Made by a program: the position numbers and the translations under genes. A DNA stretch of 64,000 nucleotides from Thermoplasmata archaeon (GTDB taxonomy: Archaea > Thermoplasmatota > Thermoplasmata > Lutacidiplasmatales > UBA184): contig JAWOKS010000035.1 of assembly GCA_033854115.1 (NCBI GenBank), positions 4,341 through 68,340 of the forward strand, given 5' to 3'. Positions 54,054 through 62,271 of this stretch are shown piece after piece (within the stretch, counting starts at the first letter, position 1; each line of letters opens with the position of its first letter). Under the pieces are notes generated by a model, which was given only the letters and a program-made list of their open reading frames with translations, did not search any database and had not been told where the DNA came from.

Positions 54054-55004
54054 CTACCGCGCGGCGGGGAGCTTCGCGAGGACCTCGAGGTCGGCCCGGA
54101 CCGCCTTCACGCTCGCGGCGAACGCGGCGCGCTCGGCCGCGGTCAGCTCGACCTCGACGACCTTTTCGATCCCCGCGCGCCCGACCACGACCGGGACGCC
54201 GATGTAGACCCCCCGCTCGCCGAACGCGCCGTCGAGGTGCGCGGAGGCGGAGAGCAGGCGATGCTCGTCGTGCGCGATCGCCCGGACGAGCTCGGCCTGG
54301 CTCGCGGTCGGAGCGACGTAGGCGCTGCCCATCTTGAGCAGGTTCACGATCTCCGCCCCGCCCTGCTTCGTCCGTTCGACGATCGCGTTCAGGCGATCGG
54401 CGGGGAGGAGCCGGGAGAGCGGCACCCCGCCGACGCTCGTGAGCGAGAGGATCGGGACCATCGTGTCGCCGTGGGAGCCGAGCACGAACCCCGTCACGTC
54501 CCGCGGCGCGACCCCGAGCGCCTCCGCGACGAACCAGCGGAACCTCGCGGTGTCGAGCGTGCCGGACTCGCCGAAGACGCGCGCGGGCGAGAGCCCGCTC
54601 CGCTGTTGGAAGTAGGCGGTCATCACGTCGACCGGGTTCGTCACGACCAGGACGACCGCCCCGGGGGCGTGGGCGCGGACCGCGTCCGCGTGGGCCCCAA
54701 CGATCGCGGCGTTCTTCTCGAGGAGGTCGGAGCGGCTCATCCCCGGCTTGCGGGCAAAGCCGGCCGTCTCGACCACGACGTCGGCCCCGCGGAGGGCGTC
54801 GAGGGACGTGGCGCCGGTCACGCCGGTCGCAAAGCCGAGGATCGGGGCCGACTCCTGGAGGTCGAGCGCCTTGCCCTGAGGAAGCCCCTCGACGATGTCG
54901 ACCAGCACGACCTCCTTCGCGAGGTCCGCTTCCGCGAGCCGCTGGGCGAGCGAACCCCCGATGTTGCCCGCGCCGAGTACGACGATCTTCCCGAGTCCGG
55001 TCAA
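54054..55004 (-). CDS. mdh: Malate dehydrogenase (LDH-like, NAD(P)-dependent)
   Basis: KIVVLGAGNIGG, VVVTNPVD and GSHGDTMVP. TTG start. Confidence 0.9.
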   Translation of the reverse strand: MTGLGKIVVLGAGNIGGSLAQRLAEADLAKEVVLVDIVEGLPQGKALDLQESAPILGFATGVTGATSLDALRGADVVVETAGFARKPGMSRSDLLEKNAAIVGAHADAVRAHAPGAVVLVVTNPVDVMTAYFQQRSGLSPARVFGESGTLDTARFRWFVAEALGVAPRDVTGFVLGSHGDTMVPILSLTSVGGVPLSRLLPADRLNAIVERTKQGGAEIVNLLKMGSAYVAPTASQAELVRAIAHDEHRLLSASAHLDGAFGERGVYIGVPVVVGRAGIEKVVEVELTAAERAAFAASVKAVRADLEVLAKLPAAR

Positions 55005-55105
55005 CGGTACGACCCCGGTCCGGTCGAGCGGTCCCCGGGCTTAACGGTGCCGGCCCCGCCCCTCGCCCGAAAGGTTGATTCGCCGAGGGTCCCGTGGGGC
55101 GCCCG

Positions 55106-55351
55106 ATGGGCCGCGTCGACTCCGCGCTCGCCGGGGTCCAGGAACGGGACAAGTGGCTGCGTCGGGCGCAGACGCTCGAGCAGGCCCTGGACGAGATCCT
55201 GGACCGACGGCACCGGCTCGAGACCCGGCTCCGGCGGCTGCGCAAGGAGCTCCAGAAGCTCGAGCAGGCGTCGCGGGAGTTCGTGGACGTCTCCGGCCGG
55301 ATCCCGCCCATCGAGGTGACCAGTGCCGCGCGCGGACCGCTTCTCCGCTAG
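55106..55351 (+). CDS. Small coiled-coil protein (hypothetical)
   Basis: 81 aa from ATG 55106 (GTG 55094 is an alternative). Heptad-like LEQALDEILDRRHRLETRLRRLRKELQKLEQ and strongly G/C third codon positions. Confidence 0.5.
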   Translation: MGRVDSALAGVQERDKWLRRAQTLEQALDEILDRRHRLETRLRRLRKELQKLEQASREFVDVSGRIPPIEVTSAARGPLLR

Positions 55352-55547
55352 GATCGATTTCCTGAGGACCACCCTCCACGAGCTCGCGGGCGAGCTCGCC
55401 CGGCTCCGGCGGGAGGAGGAGTACCTCCGCCTGAAGGTCCGGCAGGCCCGCGACCAGGTACGGTACTACGAGGGGCTCCTCGCGCTCCTCCGCCGGGACT
55501 ACGGGAAGAGCCCGGCCCTCGCCGAGATGGTCCGTCGCCTCGGCTAG
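55323..55547 (+). CDS. Small coiled-coil protein (hypothetical)
   Basis: 74 aa with a GTG start overlapping the previous ORF by 29 nt. LHELAGELARLRREEEYLRLKVRQARDQV and strongly G/C third codon positions. Confidence 0.5.
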   Translation: MPRADRFSARIDFLRTTLHELAGELARLRREEEYLRLKVRQARDQVRYYEGLLALLRRDYGKSPALAEMVRRLG

Positions 55548-55566
55548 GCAGGTCCGGGTCGGGCAC

Positions 55567-56514
55567 GTGCGCGTCGTCGTGCTCGGCGCGGGAGCCGTCG
55601 GCGGCCTCTTCGGAGCGCGCCTCGCGGCCGCCGGGGACGAGGTCGTCCTCGTCGCCCGGCCGGCGACGGTCGAAGCGGTACGGGCCCACGGCCTCCGGGT
55701 CGAGGGGCTTGGCGCCGGGACGTTCCGCCTTCGGGCCGCGACGGAGGTGCCTCCGGCACCCGCCGAGGTCGTCCTCGTCACGGTGAAATCGTTCGACCTT
55801 CGCTCCGCGGCCGGAGCGCTCGCCCGGGCGCTCGAGCCGACCCCCACGGTCCTCCTCGGCAACGGGCTCGGGATCGAGGAGGAGGCGCGCGCCGGCCTCC
55901 TCGCGGGCGGCTGGGCACGGCCCGAGACCGAGGTCGTCCGGGCCGTGCACACCGTTCCGGCGACGCTGGTCGCCCCGGGCGTCGTCCGGGCGAGCGGGAC
56001 CGGCGAGATCGTCCTCCCCGAGCCCCAGGCGGCCGGCCCGACGTCCCCTGCCCTCGAGGTCGCTTCCCGGGTCCTCGCCCGCACCGGCTACCCCGTGCGG
56101 GGGAGCGGGAGCTTCGAGCGGGAGGTCTGGCGCAAGGCGGTCGTCAACGCCGCGATCAACCCGGTCACGGCCGCCCACGGCGTTCCGAACGGCACCTTGC
56201 TATCCGGTCCGTTGCGGGAAGAGGCCGAGCGGCTGCTCGACGAGGCCGTGCGCGTCGCTCGGGCGAGCGGTATCGACCTCGCGCCCGGGGAGGCCCGGGC
56301 TGACCTCGAGCGGGTCGTGGAGGCGACCGCCGTGAACCGCTCGAGCATGCTCCAGGACGTCGAGCGCGGACGCCCGACCGAGATCGCGGCGATCTCGGGC
56401 GAGCTTCTGAGGCGGGGACGCGCCCTCGGCCTCGACCTCCCGGCGACCGCCCGCGCGATCGCGGCCGTGGAGGCTCGCGTCGAGGGAACCCGCCGTTCGG
56501 CGCAACGCTCTTAG
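55567..56514 (+). CDS. panE: 2-dehydropantoate 2-reductase (ketopantoate reductase)
   Basis: VVVLGAGAVGGLFGARLA Rossmann motif and NRSSMLQDVERGRPTEI. Confidence 0.85.
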   Translation: MRVVVLGAGAVGGLFGARLAAAGDEVVLVARPATVEAVRAHGLRVEGLGAGTFRLRAATEVPPAPAEVVLVTVKSFDLRSAAGALARALEPTPTVLLGNGLGIEEEARAGLLAGGWARPETEVVRAVHTVPATLVAPGVVRASGTGEIVLPEPQAAGPTSPALEVASRVLARTGYPVRGSGSFEREVWRKAVVNAAINPVTAAHGVPNGTLLSGPLREEAERLLDEAVRVARASGIDLAPGEARADLERVVEATAVNRSSMLQDVERGRPTEIAAISGELLRRGRALGLDLPATARAIAAVEARVEGTRRSAQRS

Positions 56515-56538
56515 TGCAAGGGCCGTCCGACGGGCGTC

Positions 56539-57720
56539 ATGCGCCCGAAGCGGGGGATCGGATCTGCGTCGCTGCGGGGGCACCGGGTCCTCGTTCGCGT
56601 CGACTTCAACGTGCCGCTCGACGGCCGCGGGGGGGTCGCGGACGACCGGAGGATCGCGGAGGCCCTGCCGACCCTCCACCACCTGCGGGCGGCCGGGGCT
56701 CGCACGGTGCTGCTCGCCCACCTCGGCCGGCCGAACGGGAAGCGCGACCCGAGCCTCTCCCTGCGCCCGGTCGCGCACCGCCTGAGCGCGCTCCTCGGCC
56801 AGCCGGTCCCCCTCGCCGAGGACGCGGTCGGGATGCACGCCCTCGAGGGGGTCGTCCGGCTCGGGAACGGGGACGTCCTTCTGCTCGAGAACCTCAGGTT
56901 CCACCCCGGCGAGGAGGCGAACGATGCGGGGTTCGCCGCCCAGCTCGCTCAGCTCGGCGAGCTGTTCGTCGAGGACGCCTTCGGCGCGGTCCATCGGGCC
57001 CACGCCTCGACCGTGGGGGTCCCCCGGAAGCTCCCCTCGTACGCCGGCCTCCTGGTCGAGCGCGAGGTCCGGGCCCTGAGCCCGCTCGTCGACGGCGCCG
57101 AGCGGCCGTACGCCGTCCTCGTGGGCGGGGCGAAGGTCGCCGACAAGCTGCCGTTCCTCTCGAGCTTCCTCGGGCGGGTCGACCGCCTCCTCGTCGGGGG
57201 CGCGCTCGCCTTCCCCTTCCTCCGGGCGAAGGGAGCGAAGCTCGGCGCGACACCGGTCGAGAGCGGGGTCGAGGCCGCGGTGGACGAGTTCCTCCACCGG
57301 GCGGAGGCGTCCGCGACCGAGGTCGTTCTTCCGGCCGACCTTGTGGTCGAGCGGGCCGGGGGCCCGAACGTCTCGGTCGAGCCCGCGGCCGAGCTTCCCG
57401 CGGACGCCGTGGCCCGGGACGTCGGACCGAGGACACGCGAGGCGTTCGTCGCGTCGCTCACGGGGACGAAGACCGTCTTCTGGAACGGGCCGCTCGGCGT
57501 CGCCGAGGACCCCCGGTTCGCGCCGGGGACCGCCGAGGTCCTCGGCCGCCTCGCCACGATCCCGGGCTACCACGTCGCGGCGGGCGGCGACTCCGCGCAC
57601 GTCGCGGAGGCGCTCGGGGTCCTCAACGCGTTCCAGTTCGTCTCGACCGGCGGGGGGGCCGCGCTCGAGTTCGTCCAGGGGCTCGAGCTCCCCGGGCTCG
57701 CCGTCCTCCCGGACGCCTAG
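56539..57720 (+). CDS. pgk: Phosphoglycerate kinase
   Basis: VRVDFNVP, HLGRP, GGAKVADK and STGGGA motifs. Confidence 0.95.
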   Translation: MRPKRGIGSASLRGHRVLVRVDFNVPLDGRGGVADDRRIAEALPTLHHLRAAGARTVLLAHLGRPNGKRDPSLSLRPVAHRLSALLGQPVPLAEDAVGMHALEGVVRLGNGDVLLLENLRFHPGEEANDAGFAAQLAQLGELFVEDAFGAVHRAHASTVGVPRKLPSYAGLLVEREVRALSPLVDGAERPYAVLVGGAKVADKLPFLSSFLGRVDRLLVGGALAFPFLRAKGAKLGATPVESGVEAAVDEFLHRAEASATEVVLPADLVVERAGGPNVSVEPAAELPADAVARDVGPRTREAFVASLTGTKTVFWNGPLGVAEDPRFAPGTAEVLGRLATIPGYHVAAGGDSAHVAEALGVLNAFQFVSTGGGAALEFVQGLELPGLAVLPDA

Positions 57721-58051
57721 CCCGGCCCCGGGGCGGGAGCGACGACGGGTCGAGGGTCGCGGTGAGGTACGCGACGTACCTCGGCTCGGCGCGCGTCACG
57801 TCGAGCTCGGCGATCTCGGGCACCTCGTACGGGTGCGAGGCCTTCAGCCGCGCGAGGAGGCCCCCGACGGTCTTCGGTGCGGTCTTGAAGACGACGAGCG
57901 TCTCGCTCGCGGTCTCGCGCCGCCCCTTCCAGAGGTACGTCGAGGTCGCGGCGACGAGGCTCCCGCACGCGGCGAGGCGGCGGTCGAGCGCGTCCCGGAC
58001 GGCGCGTTCCGCGCTTGCGCGCGAGGGGTACGTGCTCAGGACGAACCGCAT
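57623..58051 (-). CDS. cutA: Divalent-cation tolerance protein CutA with Arg-rich C-terminal tail
   Basis: LAACGSLV..STYLWKG, HPYEVPEI. ATG 58051. The last about 35 aa are low complexity and overlap the pgk 3' end. Confidence 0.78.
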   Translation of the reverse strand: MRFVLSTYPSRASAERAVRDALDRRLAACGSLVAATSTYLWKGRRETASETLVVFKTAPKTVGGLLARLKASHPYEVPEIAELDVTRAEPRYVAYLTATLDPSSLPPRGRARRPGGRRARGARAPGRTRARPPRRSRRTGTR

Positions 58052-58089
58052 CGGGCCCGTGGCCCGCACCGGTTCGACCGGGAACGGGC

Positions 58090-59601
58090 TCACGCGGCCG
58101 GCCCCCGCACGACCGCGTGGCCCCCCGTGCAGTCGACGGTGGCGTAGCCGAGGCTCGCGAGGTCGACGATCGTCGCCTGCGACGGGTGGGGGACGATGTT
58201 GCGCATCCGCTGGTAGTCCGTCTCCGACTGCCAGGCCGACGCGTTGACCATGAGGACGTCCCGGTAGCGGTCGACCCCGTAGGTGTGGAGGTGGCCGGTG
58301 ACGAGGATATCGGGGACCGGGTCGATCACGAGGCCGTCGTGTTCCGCCGGGGCGAGCGGGGTCCGACTGCCGTAGATCGGCGCGAGGTGGCGCATCTGGA
58401 GCATCCGCCGCATGACCTCCGTCGGCCGGCCGTAGGAGGCGCCGGGGAGCGCGGGGATCAGGTCGTCGAACCCCCGGCCGTGGTAGGCGGCGACGATCGC
58501 CCCTCCCACGGTGAACGTCGAGGGGTTCGCGAGCACCGTCACGTTCTCCCCGAGGGAGCGGGCGAGGCTCGCCGGGAGCGACGGCTGGGGCTCCGCGGGC
58601 GAGACCGCGTCATGGTTGCCGGGGACCGCGATGACCCGGAGGCGACGCGGGAGCTCCGCGAGGCGCTTCCCGAGCTCCGCGTACTGGTCGACCACGTCGA
58701 GGATCTCGAGGTCGCGGTCCTGGTGCGGATAGACGCCGATCCCGTCCACGAGGTCCCCCGCGATCACCACGGTGTCGACGGTGCGGGCGAGCTCGGGGCT
58801 CGGGCCCCGCTCGGCGAGGAACTCGACGAGCGCGGCCCAGTCGTGGGCGAGGAACGTCTTCGAGCCGACGTGGAGGTCCGAGAGGAGGAGGAGCCGGCGG
58901 CTCGCCCGGGCGTTCGGCCGGGGGCGGGAGACCGCGACCTCGGGCCGCTCCACGCCGACCGCGATCGGCAGCCGGTCCCGCGCGGCGCTCCACCGGAGCT
59001 TGAGCCCGACGACCTCGTCGGGGAGGAACGTGACGCGGGCGGCCGGGGAGTCCTTCGGGACGAGGACCTCGAGGGTGCCGGACTCGTCGTCGAGGACGAC
59101 GATCGTGTGGTGCTTCTTCGAGGTCGTGCGGACCTCGCGGACCATGCCGACCACGCTCTGGACCCCCTCGGACGGGCGGAGGTCGTGCACCGCCCGGAGC
59201 CCTTCGAGCCCGGCCCGTCCCCGAACGAGCCGCGAGAGCTGGCGGTAGCGCGAGGTGAACAGCTCCGTGAACCCCTCGAGCGGGGTCTCGGCCCGGGACG
59301 GCCCCGAGAACCCCTCCCGGACCACCGCGAACTCGGCCGTGCCCTCCGGCCCCGACGCGTCCGCGGCGGGACCCGGAGGACGGACGGACGCGCTCACGCG
59401 GACGCCCGCCCGTTCGGCGAGCACCGCCTGGACCATCTCCTGGGTCACGAAGGGGGACCCCGCGCCCGCTCGCTCCATCACGTCCCGCGAGACGACGAGC
59501 GGCTGGGCCTGGTCGAGCAGGAGCCGGAGGGCGTTCGCCTCGACGAGCTTGTGGTGCTCCTCGAAGAACGCCACGAGATGCTCGCGCAGGCCGATCGCCA
59601 C
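58090..59601 (-). CDS. polB2: DNA polymerase II (PolD) small subunit DP1
   Basis: Calcineurin-like phosphoesterase motifs LLLLSDLHVGS, IAGDLVDG, PGNHD and GHLH. Start is uncertain: GTG 59601 or the track start 59715. Confidence 0.86.
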   Translation of the reverse strand: MAIGLREHLVAFFEEHHKLVEANALRLLLDQAQPLVVSRDVMERAGAGSPFVTQEMVQAVLAERAGVRVSASVRPPGPAADASGPEGTAEFAVVREGFSGPSRAETPLEGFTELFTSRYRQLSRLVRGRAGLEGLRAVHDLRPSEGVQSVVGMVREVRTTSKKHHTIVVLDDESGTLEVLVPKDSPAARVTFLPDEVVGLKLRWSAARDRLPIAVGVERPEVAVSRPRPNARASRRLLLLSDLHVGSKTFLAHDWAALVEFLAERGPSPELARTVDTVVIAGDLVDGIGVYPHQDRDLEILDVVDQYAELGKRLAELPRRLRVIAVPGNHDAVSPAEPQPSLPASLARSLGENVTVLANPSTFTVGGAIVAAYHGRGFDDLIPALPGASYGRPTEVMRRMLQMRHLAPIYGSRTPLAPAEHDGLVIDPVPDILVTGHLHTYGVDRYRDVLMVNASAWQSETDYQRMRNIVPHPSQATIVDLASLGYATVDCTGGHAVVRGPAA

Positions 59602-59776
59602 CGCCCCTCTCCGAAGCGCGGAGCGTCGTCGAGCGGGCCCGCTCGACGTTCTCCCGCGTACGGCCGCGAAGAGGGCCCGCGTTATTTCAACCCTCGTCCC
59701 CCGGGCCGCTCGCACGCGGCCACGCGGCCCCTCGGGGCGTGGTCGAGGGGCCGGGACGAGCCGGAAGGCGCCCGAT

Positions 59777-60451
59777 CTAGCGGTACGATTCCTTGGCGTA
59801 CGACGCGCCCTTCGGGTACTTCTCCTTGAGGTGCGCGACGAACGTCGCCGGGTTGCGCTCGAGATGGGCCGCGTACCACTGGACGACGATGTCCTTGAGC
59901 ACGCGGTGGAGGTCCCGGACGTCGACCCGGTCCTCCGCCGCGTCGTAGAGGACCGCCTGGCTCATCATCCGCATCCAGCCCGAGTAGCGGTGGTAGCTCT
60001 CGCCGTCGCACCACTCGAAGATGCCGCGGAGGCGGCTGACCCCCTCTGGCGTGCGGTAGTACCAGAAGCGGAGCGTGAAGCCGACCCAGCCCGCGGCACG
60101 GTCGCCGAGCTCGATCGTCTTCACCTGACCGAAGTCGAAGTTCTCCTTGAACGTCCACTTGGTCGGGTACTCGAGGAACGTCGCGAAGAGCGTCTGGGAC
60201 GGGTCGATCGTGAGGTGGACGCTCACCTCCTCGAACTGGTTGTGGATCTCCCAGAGGTCCTGGAGCAGGCGCTTGTTGAGCTCCGCGCGATGCGAGAGGT
60301 CCTCGCCCGTGGTCGCGCCGACCGCCCGCTGCCGCTTCGCGAGCTCGTCCCGCAGGGAGGTTAGGAAATCGTCCTCCGCGAGGGCGGGCTCCGCGGGCGG
60401 AGTGCTGGGCTCGGGAACGGTGTCGACCTTCGGACGCGTCCGACGAGGCAT
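59777..60451 (-). CDS. Hypothetical protein (224 aa)
   Basis: Globular, Trp/Tyr-rich composition with an ATG start. TATA-like tctattaag (60483-60491) lies about 36 nt upstream. No recognised motif. Confidence 0.6.
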   Translation of the reverse strand: MPRRTRPKVDTVPEPSTPPAEPALAEDDFLTSLRDELAKRQRAVGATTGEDLSHRAELNKRLLQDLWEIHNQFEEVSVHLTIDPSQTLFATFLEYPTKWTFKENFDFGQVKTIELGDRAAGWVGFTLRFWYYRTPEGVSRLRGIFEWCDGESYHRYSGWMRMMSQAVLYDAAEDRVDVRDLHRVLKDIVVQWYAAHLERNPATFVAHLKEKYPKGASYAKESYR

Positions 60452-60660
60452 GAACGGTGCTCCGCGTCGGCGTAGGGAACTGTCTATTAAGCAACTTCCG
60501 CGGGAGAGGCACCGAACGGCTCCTCAGGCCGCGGGCTCGCGCGGGCCCGGATGCGCGGGCGCCGGGCTCCCGACTGGCCTCGCGTCCCGCGGGCGGGACC
60601 GTTGACGCCCCCGTGGAGCCGGGCCACCACCGTCCGTCGGGCTAGCACGGAGGTAGGTCG

Positions 60661-60670
60661 CCTTAAATAC
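60661..60670. promoter_or_regulatory. Orphan TATA-like box in the long intergenic region upstream of dnaG
   Basis: ccttaaatac, followed at once by hairpin GAACCC-N9-GGGTTC. No start codon lies at the usual +25-28 nt on either strand. Confidence 0.35.
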
Positions 60671-60878
60671 GAACCCTGGGTGGCTGGGTTCGAGAGAACG
60701 TTCCGGGGACGCACGGAGGACCCCTCCGACGGTCGCCGGAAGATCCGGACCCGCGACTCATGCTCACCCCACGCTCCCGTCGCAGCCTCCGCGCATCGAC
60801 CGGCGACGTTGTCGGTACCTAGGGAATCTTCCTGAGCGCCGGCCCGAACGGCCTTTCGCACCAGGAGCAACCAGACCC

Positions 60879-62192
60879 ATGACCAACGACCCTAACGCCG
60901 CCAAGTACCAGATCCGCGCCCGCATCACCGCCGAAGGCGTCATCGACAAGCCCGACGTCGTCGGGGCGGTCTTCGGCCAGACCGAAGGCCTGCTCGGCGA
61001 CGAGCTCGACCTGAGAGACCTCCAGAAGTCCGGCCGCATCGGCCGCATCGAGGTCGAGATCGACAGCCGCAAGGGCAAGAGCGAGGGGGAGATCGTCATC
61101 CCGTCGTCGCTCGACCAGGTCGAGACCGCGATCGTGGCCTCGGGCCTCGAGACCGTCGACCGGATCGGCCCCTGCCGGGCCAAGGTCGAGGTCGTCAGCG
61201 TGGAAGACATCCGCATCTCGAAGCGCCAGAAGGTCGTCGAGCGCGCCAAGGAGATCCTCGGCCGCCTGCAGGAGGACTCGAAGGGCGTCGGCCTCGACCT
61301 CACCGAGGCGGTCCGCTCGGCCGTCCAGGTCGAGGAGATCACGACCTACGGCGCGGAGCACCTCCCCGCCGGGCCGAACATCGACCAGGCGGACGCGCTG
61401 ATCGTCGTCGAGGGGAGGTCGGATGTCCTGAACCTCCTCCGCTGCGGGATCAAGAACGTCATCGCCGTCGAGGGGACGAGCGTTCCGCAGACGGTGAAGG
61501 ACCTCTCGCGCGGCAAGACGGTGACCGTCTTCACGGACGGTGACCGGGCGGGCGAGCTGATCCTGCGCGAGATGCTGCAGACGATGGACATCGACTTCGT
61601 GGCCCGCGCGCCGCGCGGGTCCGAGGTCGAGGAGCTCACGCAGAAGCAGCTCTTGAAGTGCCTCCGGAACAAGATCCCGATCAACCAGTACCTCGAGATG
61701 AGCGGCTTCGAGTCGACGGGCGCCACGCGCGAGCCCCGCGAGGAGCGGGGCGAGGGCGGAGGCGGCCGCGCGGAGCGCCGCGAGGAACGGGAGGGCGGAG
61801 GCGGGCCGTCCCGGCGCGAGGAGCGCGAGCGTGGTCCGCCGCGCCCGGCCCCGGCGCCGGTTCCGGCCGCTCCCCTGAGCCCGGAGCTGGGCCGCTACTT
61901 CGAGCTCTTGAACGGGGTCGAGAACGCGTCGCGCTGCCTCTTCGTCGGGGAGAACGACGCCGTCGTCGGCGAGGCCCCGGTGAAGGAGATGATCGACGCG
62001 ATCGCGCAGCTCACCACGCCGACCAAGGCCGTCGTCTTCGACGGGATCGTGAGCCAGCGCCTCCTCGACGTCGCCCAGGAGAAGGGGATCGGTACGGTGG
62101 TCGGCACCCGGCTCGGGCCGATCGGGAAGTTCCCGGACCAGGTCAAGATCTACACCCGTGCCGATCTCGCCGGGCCGTCGGGCCCGAGGTAG
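60879..62192 (+). CDS. dnaG: Archaeal DnaG (TOPRIM) primase / exosome-associated protein
   Basis: IVVEGRSDVLNLLRCGIKNVIAVEG and VFTDGDRAGE TOPRIM motifs. AGGAG lies about 13 nt upstream of the ATG. There is an internal Glu/Arg/Gly low-complexity insert. Confidence 0.9.
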   Translation: MTNDPNAAKYQIRARITAEGVIDKPDVVGAVFGQTEGLLGDELDLRDLQKSGRIGRIEVEIDSRKGKSEGEIVIPSSLDQVETAIVASGLETVDRIGPCRAKVEVVSVEDIRISKRQKVVERAKEILGRLQEDSKGVGLDLTEAVRSAVQVEEITTYGAEHLPAGPNIDQADALIVVEGRSDVLNLLRCGIKNVIAVEGTSVPQTVKDLSRGKTVTVFTDGDRAGELILREMLQTMDIDFVARAPRGSEVEELTQKQLLKCLRNKIPINQYLEMSGFESTGATREPREERGEGGGGRAERREEREGGGGPSRREERERGPPRPAPAPVPAAPLSPELGRYFELLNGVENASRCLFVGENDAVVGEAPVKEMIDAIAQLTTPTKAVVFDGIVSQRLLDVAQEKGIGTVVGTRLGPIGKFPDQVKIYTRADLAGPSGPR

Positions 62193-62271
62193 GTCCCCCG
62201 CGCGGGCCGAGCGGCCGCGGGCCGCGGCACGACGACCGTAAGAGCGGAGCATCCCTCCACGGGTCCCCACG

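Noticed and set aside
60672-60700. A GGGTTCGAGA motif resembling a tRNA T-loop.
   Set aside because: No acceptor, D or anticodon arms can be folded around it. It is the 3' arm of a simple hairpin with GAACCC.
59602-60878. A replication origin next to the PolD small-subunit gene, as in some Euryarchaeota.
   Set aside because: There is no cdc6/orc1 gene in the window, no AT-rich unwinding stretch, and no repeated ORB-like elements that I could find. The region stays GC-rich.
61731-61885. The Glu/Arg/Gly/Pro-rich insert in DnaG as an intein or inserted element.
   Set aside because: It is about 50 aa of pure low complexity with no intein splicing motifs or flanking repeats. It resembles the disordered linkers seen in many proteins of this window.
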